A stretch of 64,000 bases of DNA from Alphaproteobacteria bacterium (GTDB taxonomy: Bacteria; Pseudomonadota; Alphaproteobacteria; UBA828): assembly GCA_965237415.1 (NCBI GenBank), contig CBDEFM010000001.1:640001-704000 (forward strand). The letters run 5' to 3'. Below the pieces are notes generated by a model. That model saw nothing but the letters and a program-made list of their open reading frames with translations, searched no databases and had not been told where the DNA came from. Shown here piece after piece: positions 1 through 9,727 of the stretch (positions are counted from its first letter, which is position 1; each line of letters starts with the position of its first letter). The translations under genes and the position numbers were made by a program.

Positions 1-1623
1 GGCGACGCCGTTGTAGCGCATCAGGAAGCGCTGCAGGGTTTCGCTGCCGATCCCGGCCTCGCCCTCCAGCGTGCGCGCCGCCGAGGCCGAGGGCGCGAGG
101 CCGCGGACCTCGTAGCCCTTCTTCTCAAGCAGCGTCCGGGCGCGGTTCAGCATGGTGGTCTTGCCGCTTCCGGCATAGCCCTGGACGCCGACCACGCGGT
201 CCTTCGTCGAGAGGATCAGCCGCACCGCATCCTTCTGGCCGTTCGTGAGAGGCCCGTTGCGGAGCGCCTTGTCGACGGCGCGCCCGCGCATCGGCACGCC
301 GCCGCGGCCCTGGCCCGCTCCCATGAGCGCGATGGTCTCCCGCTCGTCGGCGACGGCGCGCTCGGTGGTGAGCCGGTCCTCCAGCCCCGGCAGCTGCGCG
401 GCATGCAGCGTTCCGGCCGCCTCGCGCGCCGCGACCTCGCGCTCGATGTCGCCGACCTGCGCCGCGCCCGGGTTCCAGGCGAGCGCCGCGGCGAGCAGAT
501 CGGTGCGCGCGAACACCGCCTCGCGCTCCGAGAGATGCGCCACCGCCCAGGCGACGGCGCCCGCGGCCGGTCCCGGACTACGATCCGGGGCCGATCCCCG
601 GTCCGCATCAGTCCGGTCCGCCGCCGCAGCCAGCCCGGTGGGACTCGGGACGCCCGCCATCGCTTCCCGCGGAGCACCCGGTTCCTGCACCGCCGCCTCG
701 CGTTCGGCCCCGGCAACCAGCGCCTTCGCATCGAACCCGAGATCGGCGGCCTGCTTCCGCCAGATACCCGTGAGCTCGTCACGGTCGATGTCGCGTTTCG
801 CGGAACGGGTCATCAGCGCCGCCCGCTCGGCAAGCCGGGGATTGTCCGCCGGGCTCCCGAGGTTGCGCTCCGCCATCGCCGCCTGGATCTCGGCGCGGCG
901 GGTCGAGAACGCCTCGACCACGTCGCGCGAGACCCCCGCGATCTCGAAGCGTCCGTCGGCATGGGTCTTGTCGATGCCGTAACCGAGCCGCGCAAGGCCC
1001 GCCGCGAGCTCGTTCCGGTAGAGCGCGCCGAGCAGCATCTTCGAGGCGTAGAGCTTCTCGTTCGACATGCTGCGCCACTTGCCGTCGCCGGCCTTCACCA
1101 TGTTGGCGATCACCGAATGAGTGTGCAGCGCCGGATCGAAATTGCGCGAGGTGTCGTGGCGGAAGGTGGCGATGACCGTCTTCTGGTCGCCGGTGCGCAC
1201 GATGCGGCCCGTTTCCGGGTCCTTCATCCGGGTCTCGGCGACATTCTTCTCGAACCAGGCCAGCATGCGCGCGACGGCCCGGTCGTGGGCGTCAACGACG
1301 CGCGCGTCGCCGCCGACCAGCGCGGCAAGCGAGACCGATTTCGGGGCTGAGAGGGTGAGGTCGCGGCCCGGACGGTGCGCGATCTCCCCGTCCTTGCCGC
1401 GGCGCCCGAGCTGCCGCCCGGAGCCGTCCGGCACCCGGCCTTCGAGCACCGCCCGGAACATTTCGGCATCGACCGGGCCTTCGAGCCCGGCCTCGGCCGC
1501 GCCCTTCCCGGCCCAGGCGCTGGCGGCCCGGTGCTCGGCATCGTCCTTCGCGTAATAGCCGTCGCGCTCGTAGTAGGAGACGCCCTGGGCGGCCGAGGTC
1601 AGGGCGCCGATCGAGGCGACCAT
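1..1623 (-). CDS. mobF: MOBF (TrwC/TraI-type) conjugative relaxase-helicase, runs off left edge
   Basis: Not in the ORF track. Manual translation from ATG at 1623 gives MVASIGALTSAAQGVSYYERDGYYAKD (paired YY..YY), DLTLSAPKSVS, HDTSRN..PALHTHSVIAN (HUH), and near the window edge the helicase Walker A GVQGYAGSGKTT. Confidence 0.92.
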   Translation of the reverse strand, partial: MVASIGALTSAAQGVSYYERDGYYAKDDAEHRAASAWAGKGAAEAGLEGPVDAEMFRAVLEGRVPDGSGRQLGRRGKDGEIAHRPGRDLTLSAPKSVSLAALVGGDARVVDAHDRAVARMLAWFEKNVAETRMKDPETGRIVRTGDQKTVIATFRHDTSRNFDPALHTHSVIANMVKAGDGKWRSMSNEKLYASKMLLGALYRNELAAGLARLGYGIDKTHADGRFEIAGVSRDVVEAFSTRRAEIQAAMAERNLGSPADNPRLAERAALMTRSAKRDIDRDELTGIWRKQAADLGFDAKALVAGAEREAAVQEPGAPREAMAGVPSPTGLAAAADRTDADRGSAPDRSPGPAAGAVAWAVAHLSEREAVFARTDLLAAALAWNPGAAQVGDIEREVAAREAAGTLHAAQLPGLEDRLTTERAVADERETIALMGAGQGRGGVPMRGRAVDKALRNGPLTNGQKDAVRLILSTKDRVVGVQGYAGSGKTTMLNRARTLLEKKGYEVRGLAPSASAARTLEGEAGIGSETLQRFLMRYNGVA

Positions 1624-1636
1624 GCCCGGATCCGGC

Positions 1637-3766
1637 TCAGATCGTGACGCCGGGCCGCGAGCCGGCCCCGTCGTCCGCCGCGTTGTCCGCCTCGGCGCCG
1701 CTCCGTGCGGCCGCCTTGTCCCCGCGGGTCTCCGCCGCGGCTGCGGCCGTATCCCCGCCCGGAGTGGACGGGGCCGCGTCCGGCGCCGCCGGGGACGGCT
1801 CCGAACCCGAGGCGTCGCCGCCGGAGCCGTCACAGGAGGAGTCGCCGCAGGTCTTCGACCAGAATTCCAGCTCGCCCTGCGGGTCCGGCAACTCCGCTCT
1901 TATTTCCGCCGCCGCTCCCGGCGGACCTGCGTCCGGGCCGCCGTCGCGCGGCTTCGGCAAGGCCGGCGGCGGCTCCGCCTGCGGCCCGTCCTCCCGCCCA
2001 TCGTCCTCTGCGTCCCCCCGCGCGTCGTCCCGCGCCACGAAACGCTCGGCCGCCTTCGCCCGGTCGACGTAATCGAGGCGGATGGTGGCGACCGGCAGCG
2101 GGCCGGGGAAGCGGAGATAGCCGGAGAGGTTTTCGAGCCGCATGATCTCGGAGGCGAGCGCCAGCGCCCGGAGCTCGCGCTTCGGCGTGAGGGACACGCC
2201 GTCGCGGATGGTGTTGGCGCCGTAGGAGAAGCCCTCGGCGACCTCCTCGACCTCGCTGCGCCCGAGGCTGTCGGCCGACCATTGCGCGGTGTCGCGGTCG
2301 GGTGACGCCAGCACGACCCTGGTGCCGCACAACCCCGAGACGGTCTCGGCGCCGTTGCGCCCGTAGAGGTCGCGCAGGGCCGAGATGACCTGGACGCCGA
2401 GCACGAAGCAGCCGCCGAACTGGCGCGATTCGGCGAGGCCCGGCTGGAGCGACGGCACCTGGTGCAGCGTCGGCAGCTCGTCGAGGATGACCCAGATGCG
2501 CCGCCCGTCGTCCTGGGCGAGCGACAGCATCGCGTTGACCGCGATCTCCAGCCAGGTCGAGATCAGGCCGCGCAAGGACGCATGCTGGTCGCCGCGCGAG
2601 GTCAGGAACAGGTTCCCGCCGCCGTCCTCGCGCGATATCCAGTCGCGGATCGAGAACCGCCTGCCGCTATCGGGCAGGAACTCCATCGCGCTCAGATTGG
2701 CGGTCAGCATGGCGCGCACCGAGAGCGCGGTCTTCGGGTTCTCGGGATCGACGATCGACTGGGCGACCGTGCCTTCCATCGCCTCGGCGAGCGCCGTCAA
2801 GTCGGTCTTGAGCAGATGGTCGACCAGGACCTTGTTCTCGGTGACGCCGCGTTCCCACAAGACGCCGGCGCCGTTCGAGAAGAGCTGGCGGGCGGCGGTC
2901 ACCCAGAACGGGTCGACGGTGTCCTTCTGCTGCGGGATCAGGGCGGCGGCCATCATGTCGAAGTCGCGCGGGCTGCGGGCCTCGAGGAAGGGTGACCAGC
3001 GCGGCGCCCTCGCGTCGAGCGGGTTCATCAACACGTCGCGCGCCGGATCGAAGAACGACCGGGTGTAGCTCCCCATCTTGTCGTAGATGACGCAGCGCTC
3101 GCCGCGGGCGCGGATCTGGGCGACGAGGTCGGAGATCAGCACCGTCTTGCCCGAGCCGGTGGTGCCCGAGACGATGGTGTGCTGGGTCTCGGTGCGGGCC
3201 GGGTAGGGGATGCCGGCAACCCGGCAGGACCGCAGCCGCCCGGCGCCCGGCATGGCCTCCAGGAGGCGCGTCCGGGCCGGCTGCACCTGGCGCCGGAGTT
3301 CGCGCGCCGTCACCAGCTCGGCGCCCCGGATTCTGCGCCGCCGCCCGAGCTGGACGCCCCGGTACCAGAACCAGGCGAGGAACAGGGCGATGATCGCGGC
3401 GCCGGCCGCGGCGCCGCGCCAGGCGCTCGCGAACATCTCGTCCTTGATGCGCTCGCGGATCCGCCAGGCCGGGACCGAGGCGGCGATCGAGCGGATGGTC
3501 AGCACCTGCCGCCTGCCGTCGGGACGGCGGATCTCCTGGCCCGACTTGGGGTCGTAGCCGAGCGCGAGCTTGGCCTCGGCGAGCGTATACATGCCCGCCG
3601 CATACCAGTCGGCGCCGGTGGTCCGGTGCCACAGCGTCCAGGCCGGCACCGCCACCACCATGAACGCCGACAGCAGCATCGCGGCCTGGAACAGCTGGGC
3701 CCACATGCGGATGCCGTGGAAGACCGTCTGGCCGCCCCGCAGCGTGCTGCCGCCGAGACCGCGCAT
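1637..3766 (-). CDS. traD: Type IV coupling protein (TraD/TrwB family)
   Basis: Two N-terminal TM segments, Walker A GTTGSGKT, WVILDELPTL Walker B, low-complexity tail; directly upstream of the relaxase. Confidence 0.92.
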   Translation of the reverse strand: MRGLGGSTLRGGQTVFHGIRMWAQLFQAAMLLSAFMVVAVPAWTLWHRTTGADWYAAGMYTLAEAKLALGYDPKSGQEIRRPDGRRQVLTIRSIAASVPAWRIRERIKDEMFASAWRGAAAGAAIIALFLAWFWYRGVQLGRRRRIRGAELVTARELRRQVQPARTRLLEAMPGAGRLRSCRVAGIPYPARTETQHTIVSGTTGSGKTVLISDLVAQIRARGERCVIYDKMGSYTRSFFDPARDVLMNPLDARAPRWSPFLEARSPRDFDMMAAALIPQQKDTVDPFWVTAARQLFSNGAGVLWERGVTENKVLVDHLLKTDLTALAEAMEGTVAQSIVDPENPKTALSVRAMLTANLSAMEFLPDSGRRFSIRDWISREDGGGNLFLTSRGDQHASLRGLISTWLEIAVNAMLSLAQDDGRRIWVILDELPTLHQVPSLQPGLAESRQFGGCFVLGVQVISALRDLYGRNGAETVSGLCGTRVVLASPDRDTAQWSADSLGRSEVEEVAEGFSYGANTIRDGVSLTPKRELRALALASEIMRLENLSGYLRFPGPLPVATIRLDYVDRAKAAERFVARDDARGDAEDDGREDGPQAEPPPALPKPRDGGPDAGPPGAAAEIRAELPDPQGELEFWSKTCGDSSCDGSGGDASGSEPSPAAPDAAPSTPGGDTAAAAAETRGDKAAARSGAEADNAADDGAGSRPGVTI

Positions 3767-3853
3767 CAGCCCGGCCTCGCGCCGACGGGCAGGAGCGTCG
3801 GCAAGCGCCGCTCGATGGCAAGCGCCGGTCCTGCCCCCGCGGATGTTGCAACC

Positions 3854-4255
3854 CTATTCGCCGGCATCGCCGCTCTCCGCAGGCGCGGGCGCATCCCCGC
3901 CGCCCGCCGCGCGCCTGGGCGAGAGCACGTTGACCATGCCCTGGGGGCCGGCGACGACGATCTCCGTCGCCTGCCGCTCGGCGCCCTCCTTGTCCTTGTA
4001 CGCCCGCACCGCGAGGCGGCCCTCGACCAGCACCGTCGCACCCTTCCTCACCATCGTCTCGACCGCCTTGACGGCGCCGCCGTAGACCACGATCCGGTGC
4101 CATTCGGTGGCCTCGCCCGGCTGGCCGTCCTGGCGTTTCCACTTCTGTGTGGTGGCGAGGCTGAACGACGCGGCGGCCTCGCCGCTTCGCATGGTGCGGA
4201 GCTCGGGGTCGCGCCCCGCATGGCCCAGCAGCGTCACCCGGTTGATATGCAGCAT
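3854..4255 (-). CDS. ssb: Single-stranded DNA-binding protein
   Basis: INRVTLLGHAGRDPELR...TEWHRIVVYG...VLVEGRL, a typical SSB OB fold. Confidence 0.93.
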   Translation of the reverse strand: MLHINRVTLLGHAGRDPELRTMRSGEAAASFSLATTQKWKRQDGQPGEATEWHRIVVYGGAVKAVETMVRKGATVLVEGRLAVRAYKDKEGAERQATEIVVAGPQGMVNVLSPRRAAGGGDAPAPAESGDAGE

Positions 4256-4450
4256 CGATATTCTCCTTGTCGGTTATCGGGAGGATGGAACCGGTCCCAC
4301 CGGGTCCGGTGCGCGCGGATCGGACAGGAGGCAGAGACGACATGCCGACCGCGACAGCCGCGCATCCCGCGCACGGCATCGGCGACCGCGCCGCCACGAG
4401 GCGGAGGCGGGCCGGAGCCGGGGCAAAGGGGCCGGGTCGAAAGAGAGGGC

Positions 4451-4741
4451 ATGACCATGACGCGAACATCCATCGAGACCGCTCACCGCCGCACCGCCTG
4501 GCGCGCCCGCGCCGCTGTGCTGGGTCCGCTCGCCATCGCCGCTCTCGCGACCGCCGCCGCGCTCGGCTCCAACGCCGGCATGGCATACATCGCACCGCTG
4601 TGGCTGGCGGCGATCGTCTGGGCCGTGCTCGCCAGCCTCGCGGGCGCGCTCCTGCGCGGCTTCCGGAGCGGCGACTGGTCGGCGTTCGGCCGCTTCGAAC
4701 TTCCCGACGGACGGGATGACCGGATCGACTGGATACCCGGG
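4451..4741 (+). pseudogene. Small membrane protein, 3' end probably lost at the IS110 junction
   Basis: AAGAGAGGG upstream of ATG; MTMTRTSIETAH... has two hydrophobic helices; the frame reads into antisense IS110 sequence. Confidence 0.4.
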
Positions 4742-5311
4742 TCACGCGCGCCCACTGCTCGCGGAGCGTCTCCACGACCATCGCAGGCAAGCGTTCCGAC
4801 ACCCGCTCCAGGGCGCCAAGGCCATGCCTCGCCTCATCCCAGCCCACCCCTGCGGCATCACCTCGCCGTACTCGGTCAACAGCCCGCGCAGACAGTTGAT
4901 TTGCGCGGTGCGGAACTTCACGAGCTGCTGGCGCATGCGATGCAGCGCCAGGATCGCCTGCTGCTCCTCGCTCTTGATCGCAACCGCCTTAACGCCCGGC
5001 TGCTGGACCGCGGTCCAGATCGCGCGTGCGTCGTGCGAATCGTTCTTGTTGCCGCCCACGAAGGGCCGGACCATCTTCGCCGGCAGAAGCCGGACCTCGT
5101 GACCGAGGTCCCGGATCCGGCGTGCCCAGTGCTGCGAGCCACCGCACGCCTCCATCGCGACCAGGCATGGCGCAAGGTTGGCGAAGTGCTCCAGGAACTT
5201 CGCCCGCGTCAGCCGCAAGTCCACGATCTCGCCCGTCTCCATGTCGACCCAGTGCAACTGGAACACTCGCTTCGCCGTATCCACGCCGATGACCGTCCTG
5301 TTAGTGCTCAC
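4742..5311 (-). pseudogene. IS110-family transposase, N-terminal (DEDD) fragment, frameshifted and truncated
   Basis: VIGVDTAKRVFQLH...VAMEACGGSQHWAR...KNDSHDARAI; homology continues in another frame (LERVSERLP...) and stops near 4740. Confidence 0.85.
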
Positions 5312-5589
5312 CTCGGACCCTCCGGATTTCCTGGAAGGACACCGCGTCCTTCCCTCTGGGCACTCTGATGCCGTCGGCCCGAGAGGGTCCACTTCAACCC
5401 ACGCCGCCGCCGCCATCAGAAGAAGGGAGGCGTCCATTACATTTCCTCCGTTAGACAGTGGATTCCACCTTAGCGACCTGTCCGATTTTCCGCGCCCGCC
5501 TCAATCTGAGCGGCATTCGGGGCGAGTCTGCGGTAAAATGGGCTCCGGACATGTGCAGGCTTCAACATGTAGCCGCAGCTATTGGCTTT

Positions 5590-5773
5590 CCTGCTTATCC
5601 ATGAAAGTCCGCTCACCGATGCCTTGTTCCTGCTCGTGTCTAAGTCCGACGAGGTCACAACGACGTAGGCGGGAGTTGCACGGTGCGGACTCGGATATGG
5701 CACAGCGACTGGAAACCGCGATGGCTCATACGTTGCGTCTCGGCAGCCTTGCTGAGCTTCATGGATAAGCAGG
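5590..5773. mobile_element. 184-bp MITE with 16-bp perfect TIRs and 8-bp target duplication
   Basis: CCTGCTTATCCATGAA at 5590-5605, reverse complement at 5758-5773; TTGGCTTT on both flanks (5582-5589, 5774-5781). Confidence 0.8.
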
Positions 5774-5828
5774 TTGGCTTTTGACAGAACGCCTCAGTAC
5801 GTTATCCAGATAGATGACCGCCCCCTAG

Positions 5829-5937
5829 GAGCCTGCGCCGTAGGAAAATGTCCTACTATATGTAGTGATATCAGATTATTCTTTACTACTACCTATGGTG
5901 TCTGAAGGTGCCCAAAAGCGTTCTGCGGCGCAGGCTC
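5829..5937. mobile_element. 109-bp MITE, copy 1 (CTAG target)
   Basis: TIR GAGCCTGCGCCG...CGGCGCAGGCTC with CTAG on both sides; near-identical copy at 28522-28630. Confidence 0.88.
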
Positions 5938-5958
5938 CTAGCAGTAGGAATGCATGCA

Positions 5959-6882
5959 ATGAGCGACCGGAACCGATGCCCGATATGCGAGACAACGGCC
6001 CGGGAAGTTGATTCTGATGATGGCGAAAATCAGATCTTGTGGGAGTGTGCGCGTTGCGGGAAGTATTGGCTTTTCGGCTCCGGCCGCTCTCCCGTCCAGA
6101 ACAGTGACCCTGAAGGCCGCGCAAAGATTTCCGGCTTTGTATACGACCAAAACAGGAACGGCTTGGAACCAAAGCTGACGCGCGACCTGCTGGAGCAAGT
6201 AATGTCGCGCCCCCTGCCATCTATCGGTGAGCGCGCAGAGCGACTACTTACTGAGGTTGTACGATGCCAGAAGAAATTGGGCGACCATGTCGATATCTTT
6301 ATGCCGGAGTGGATTGCTGCGACACATTCTCTGGATGAATATGAGCTTGAGTTTCTCGTTCGCATGCTATCGGAACGACGCTTTATCAAGCTGTTGTCGG
6401 AAGCTGGAGAATGCGAAATTTTGCCTGATGGTCACATTGAGGCTGACAAACTCAATCGCAAAATGACGCAATCCGACAGAAGCTTCTTCGCGATGTGGTT
6501 TGATCCATGTCTCATACCTGCCTATGAACAAGGGTTTGAACTCGGAATCATGCGGGCAGGCTACAACCCGGTTGTTATGAATCGAGTGGAGCATGTGAAC
6601 CGCATTGATGACGAGATCATCGCCCGAGTAAAAACGTCACTGTTCGTTGTTGCCGATTTCACTGGGCATCGCGGGGGTGTGTATTTCGAGGCTGGATTCG
6701 CCCTCGGTTTGGGTTTACCGGTGATATGGACCTGCAGAAAAGACGACATGGAAAACCTGCATTTCGACATTCGACAATACAACACCATCGACTGGGACGA
6801 CTACGGAGACTTGGCGTCAAGGCTTCAGTACCGCATTGAGGCGACGGTTGGGAAAGGCCCCAAGGTCAGTTCAAAGTCCTGA
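5959..6882 (+). CDS. Zn-ribbon + nucleoside 2-deoxyribosyltransferase/TIR-like domain protein (putative defence effector)
   Basis: N-terminal CPIC...CARC; C-terminal SFFAMWF...IDDEII...FVVADFTGHRGGVYFEAGFALGLGLPVIW...HFDIRQYNTIDW; lower GC than the flanks. Confidence 0.75.
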   Translation: MSDRNRCPICETTAREVDSDDGENQILWECARCGKYWLFGSGRSPVQNSDPEGRAKISGFVYDQNRNGLEPKLTRDLLEQVMSRPLPSIGERAERLLTEVVRCQKKLGDHVDIFMPEWIAATHSLDEYELEFLVRMLSERRFIKLLSEAGECEILPDGHIEADKLNRKMTQSDRSFFAMWFDPCLIPAYEQGFELGIMRAGYNPVVMNRVEHVNRIDDEIIARVKTSLFVVADFTGHRGGVYFEAGFALGLGLPVIWTCRKDDMENLHFDIRQYNTIDWDDYGDLASRLQYRIEATVGKGPKVSSKS

Positions 6883-7271
6883 TCGCGGACGAAAAGGTTC
6901 GATCATCGGAAGCAGTCGTCGCCTAGCCGAGGACCTGTATGGGGCGGAGTGCGTTGCGGAGGAGTGGGACGCAAACAGCGGCGTGCGATTGCGGACGTGG
7001 CGGGTGCTGCAGAAGGCGCGGGCGCATGCCGAACGGGGCCAGGCGACATTGCGGCGGTACGGCGGGTGGACGAGTGAGTGAGCGGCGTTCGCGCTTCTGC
7101 CGGCCCCGCCGCTTCAGGGCCAAGGACGGCCAAGCCTGCGGTCGATGGATGGTCGGGTGTGGCCGGCCAAGGCGCTATGCGAGGTGGCGGGTTCCGGGCG
7201 CCTGAATGGCGTGTAAGCGTTCGTTCAGGCCGTGGAATCAGCGCGGGCGTTTCCATTCGCCCCGGTCGATT

Positions 7272-8153
7272 TTAGCGATTGAGGGTGCGTTTCCAATCCC
7301 GTCGCAGAGGCCGGAGCCAGACATCCTTCTTCGGCTTGTCATACTGCCTGTCCCGGTCGTAGCGCCCGCGTCCTTGGGTGGCTCCGACATGGATCCAGCC
7401 CGATGCCCTGTAGACCGCGCCGGTATATCGCGGGGTTTCGACGAAAGTCTCGATGAGCACCGGCGTGGTCTTGTAGCGCTCGGTCCAGTCGTCGGGCAGG
7501 CGCCGGCGGATGAGGGCGAGGATGTGCGAACCCAGGTTGGGGATCTCGATCCAGGGCAGGATCAGGAACCTCGGGTTGTCGACCACGAAGGGAAGGTTCT
7601 TCTCGCGCTTCTGCCGTGTCCATCCGATGAAGTTGTCGCGCGGGGCGAGCTTCCACGCGGCGGTGGAGAAGCCGAGCATGGCGAGTGGCCAGCCGTTTCG
7701 GTCCTGGACGGCATAGCGCATCTGGGCGCCGACCAGGGTCTTGTACCCGAGATAGTGGTAGCGGGCGACGAACTCGTTCCAGAGCTTGCCCTCGCGGGTC
7801 TCGCGCACGACGGTCCGCAGATCGAGCGGGCGGACCTCGTCGAGGGTTGTGGGGGCCGGGAACAGCGGCGGCTCGGTATCCGGGCCGAAGACGACCGGCT
7901 TTGGCCGGTGCTGCCGGCCCCTGGGCGGCGGCAGGACGATGAGGCCGTCGCGGTGCTTGGCCAGCATGGCGACCCTGGCCATCATGTCCTTGAGGCCGCC
8001 GTCGGGCTTGAACCAGGCGATGCGCCGGCAGAACTCTCTCGACAGCCCGGCGCGGGTCGGCTGCGGATCGACAGCGATCAGCGCGCGCAGCAGCGCCATT
8101 TCCCCGGCGGTGAAGTCGCGCCCGTAATAGCGGCACTCGACCTGGCCGATCAT
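7272..8153 (-). CDS. DUF4338 (DruA-like) protein
   Basis: RYYGRDFT...LSREFC...WNEFVARYHYLGYKTLVGAQMRY...VVDNPRFLILPW...LIETFVE...YRASGW; start overlaps the end of the IS66 transposase. Confidence 0.85.
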   Translation of the reverse strand: MIGQVECRYYGRDFTAGEMALLRALIAVDPQPTRAGLSREFCRRIAWFKPDGGLKDMMARVAMLAKHRDGLIVLPPPRGRQHRPKPVVFGPDTEPPLFPAPTTLDEVRPLDLRTVVRETREGKLWNEFVARYHYLGYKTLVGAQMRYAVQDRNGWPLAMLGFSTAAWKLAPRDNFIGWTRQKREKNLPFVVDNPRFLILPWIEIPNLGSHILALIRRRLPDDWTERYKTTPVLIETFVETPRYTGAVYRASGWIHVGATQGRGRYDRDRQYDKPKKDVWLRPLRRDWKRTLNR

Positions 8154-8421
8154 CCCGCTGCCATGAAGCTGTCCTGCGCTCCTCGCTCATCGACCATGGC
8201 AGCCACGGCGACAGGTCGTCCGGCGGCCGGCCGGCATTCTTGGCGCATGTTTCCAGCCACGCCTCCAGCCAGCGCAGGACGGCGATGCCGTTCAAGGCGA
8301 GGGTGCCGATCGTCGAGTACATCATCGCCGTGAACCTGGCGCCGTCCTCGCTGTCGGAGCCGAAGGACAGGCGTCTTCCGATGACCGGCCCTCTGAGGGC
8401 GCGCTCGGCCGCGTTGTTATC
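8150..8421 (-). pseudogene. IS66-like transposase C-terminal piece
   Basis: DNNAAERALRGPVIGRRLSFGSDSEDGARFTAMMYS...WLPW. Confidence 0.8.
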
Positions 8422-9727
8422 GGGCATGTTGAGCACGACGCTTGGATTCCGATCAGCGACTCGCCAGACGTTGTGGTACGAGCGCACGTCGGGACAGGGG
8501 CGTCGGAGTGCGAAGAACGGGCAGGCCGAATGGATGATGAGCTGCGAGCTCGTGTTGTTATCTGGCCGCCCCTGCGACCAGCCCGGCTGCGCTGCGAGCG
8601 CGAATCCGTAGATGTCGCACGTGCCCGTGCACTCCCTCTGCAACTGGAAGGGAGGATCCCATGCGTGTGATCGGACTGGATGTCCACCGCAGCTTCGCCC
8701 AGGTGGTGGTGCTGGAGGGAACCGAGATCGTCAAGGAAAAGCGCCTGGACCTGGAGCATGACGCTGTCGTCAAGTTCGGCCGCAGCCTCAGATCGGATGA
8801 TGAAGTCGTTCTCGAGGCGACGGGCAACACTGCGGCGATCGTCCGGCTGTTGAAACCCTTCGTCGCGAGAGTGGTGATCGCCAATGCACTCCAGGTACGC
8901 GCCATCGCCCATGCCCGGGTGAAGACCGACAAGGTCGACGCCGCCATCCTGGCGAAGCTGCATGCATCGGGCTTCTTGCCCGAGGTCTGGTCGGCGGACG
9001 ACGAGACCATCGCCCTGCGCCGCCTTGTGTCCGAGCGGGCGGCGCTGGTCCGGTCGATACGACGGAGCAAGAGCAGGGTGCAGGCCGTGCTCCACGCCAA
9101 TCTGGTTCCCAAGTATGCCGGTCACCTCTTTGGCAAGGACGGGCGCCGTTGGCTGTCTGAGGTTCCGCTCCCCGACGGCGAGAGAGCCCTGCTTGCACGC
9201 CAACTGGACCAGCTCGATTGGCTGAACGGCCCTCTCATGGTGCTGGACCGCAAGCTTGCGCGGACGGCGCTCGATGACAAACGGGCGCGTAAGCTGATGA
9301 CGGTCGCGGGGATCAGCTCGGTCGTCGCCACGGCGGTGCTGGCGTCGATCGGGGACATCTCCCGCTTCGACAGCTCCGAGAAGCTGGCGAGCTACTTCGG
9401 ACTGACACCGCGCGTGCGACAATCCGGCAATCGGCCGGCCTTCCACGGAAAGATCTCTAAACACGGGAACGCGACGGCGCGAACCATGCTGATCGAAGCC
9501 GCGTGGGTGGCCGCATCCGTTCCCGGACCGCTGCGCGCCTTCTTCCTCCGCGTCAAGGCGAAGAAGGGGATGAACGTGGCCGCGGTGGCGACAGCGCGGA
9601 AGATCGCGGTTCTGATCTGGCATCTGCTGACCAAGGACAAGCCCTACGAATGGGCCCGGCCCGCCTTCGTCGCCATGAAGATGCGCAAGCTCGAGTTGAA
9701 AGCGGGTGCGCCGCGGGCCTATGGAAA

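Noticed and set aside
2667-5368. Long 726-aa and 729-aa ORFs and similar (19243-21249, 35749-37749, 57944-59884)
   Set aside because: Shadow or antisense frames of real genes in high-GC DNA, with Arg/Gly/Pro-rich non-protein-like composition.
5590-6882. Retron (a1/a2 inverted repeats upstream of an NDT effector)
   Set aside because: No adjacent RT, and the inverted repeat is flanked by an exact 8-bp TSD, which fits a MITE better.
7272-8153. Complete Druantia system
   Set aside because: No druB-E genes; the gene lies inside IS66-like ends.
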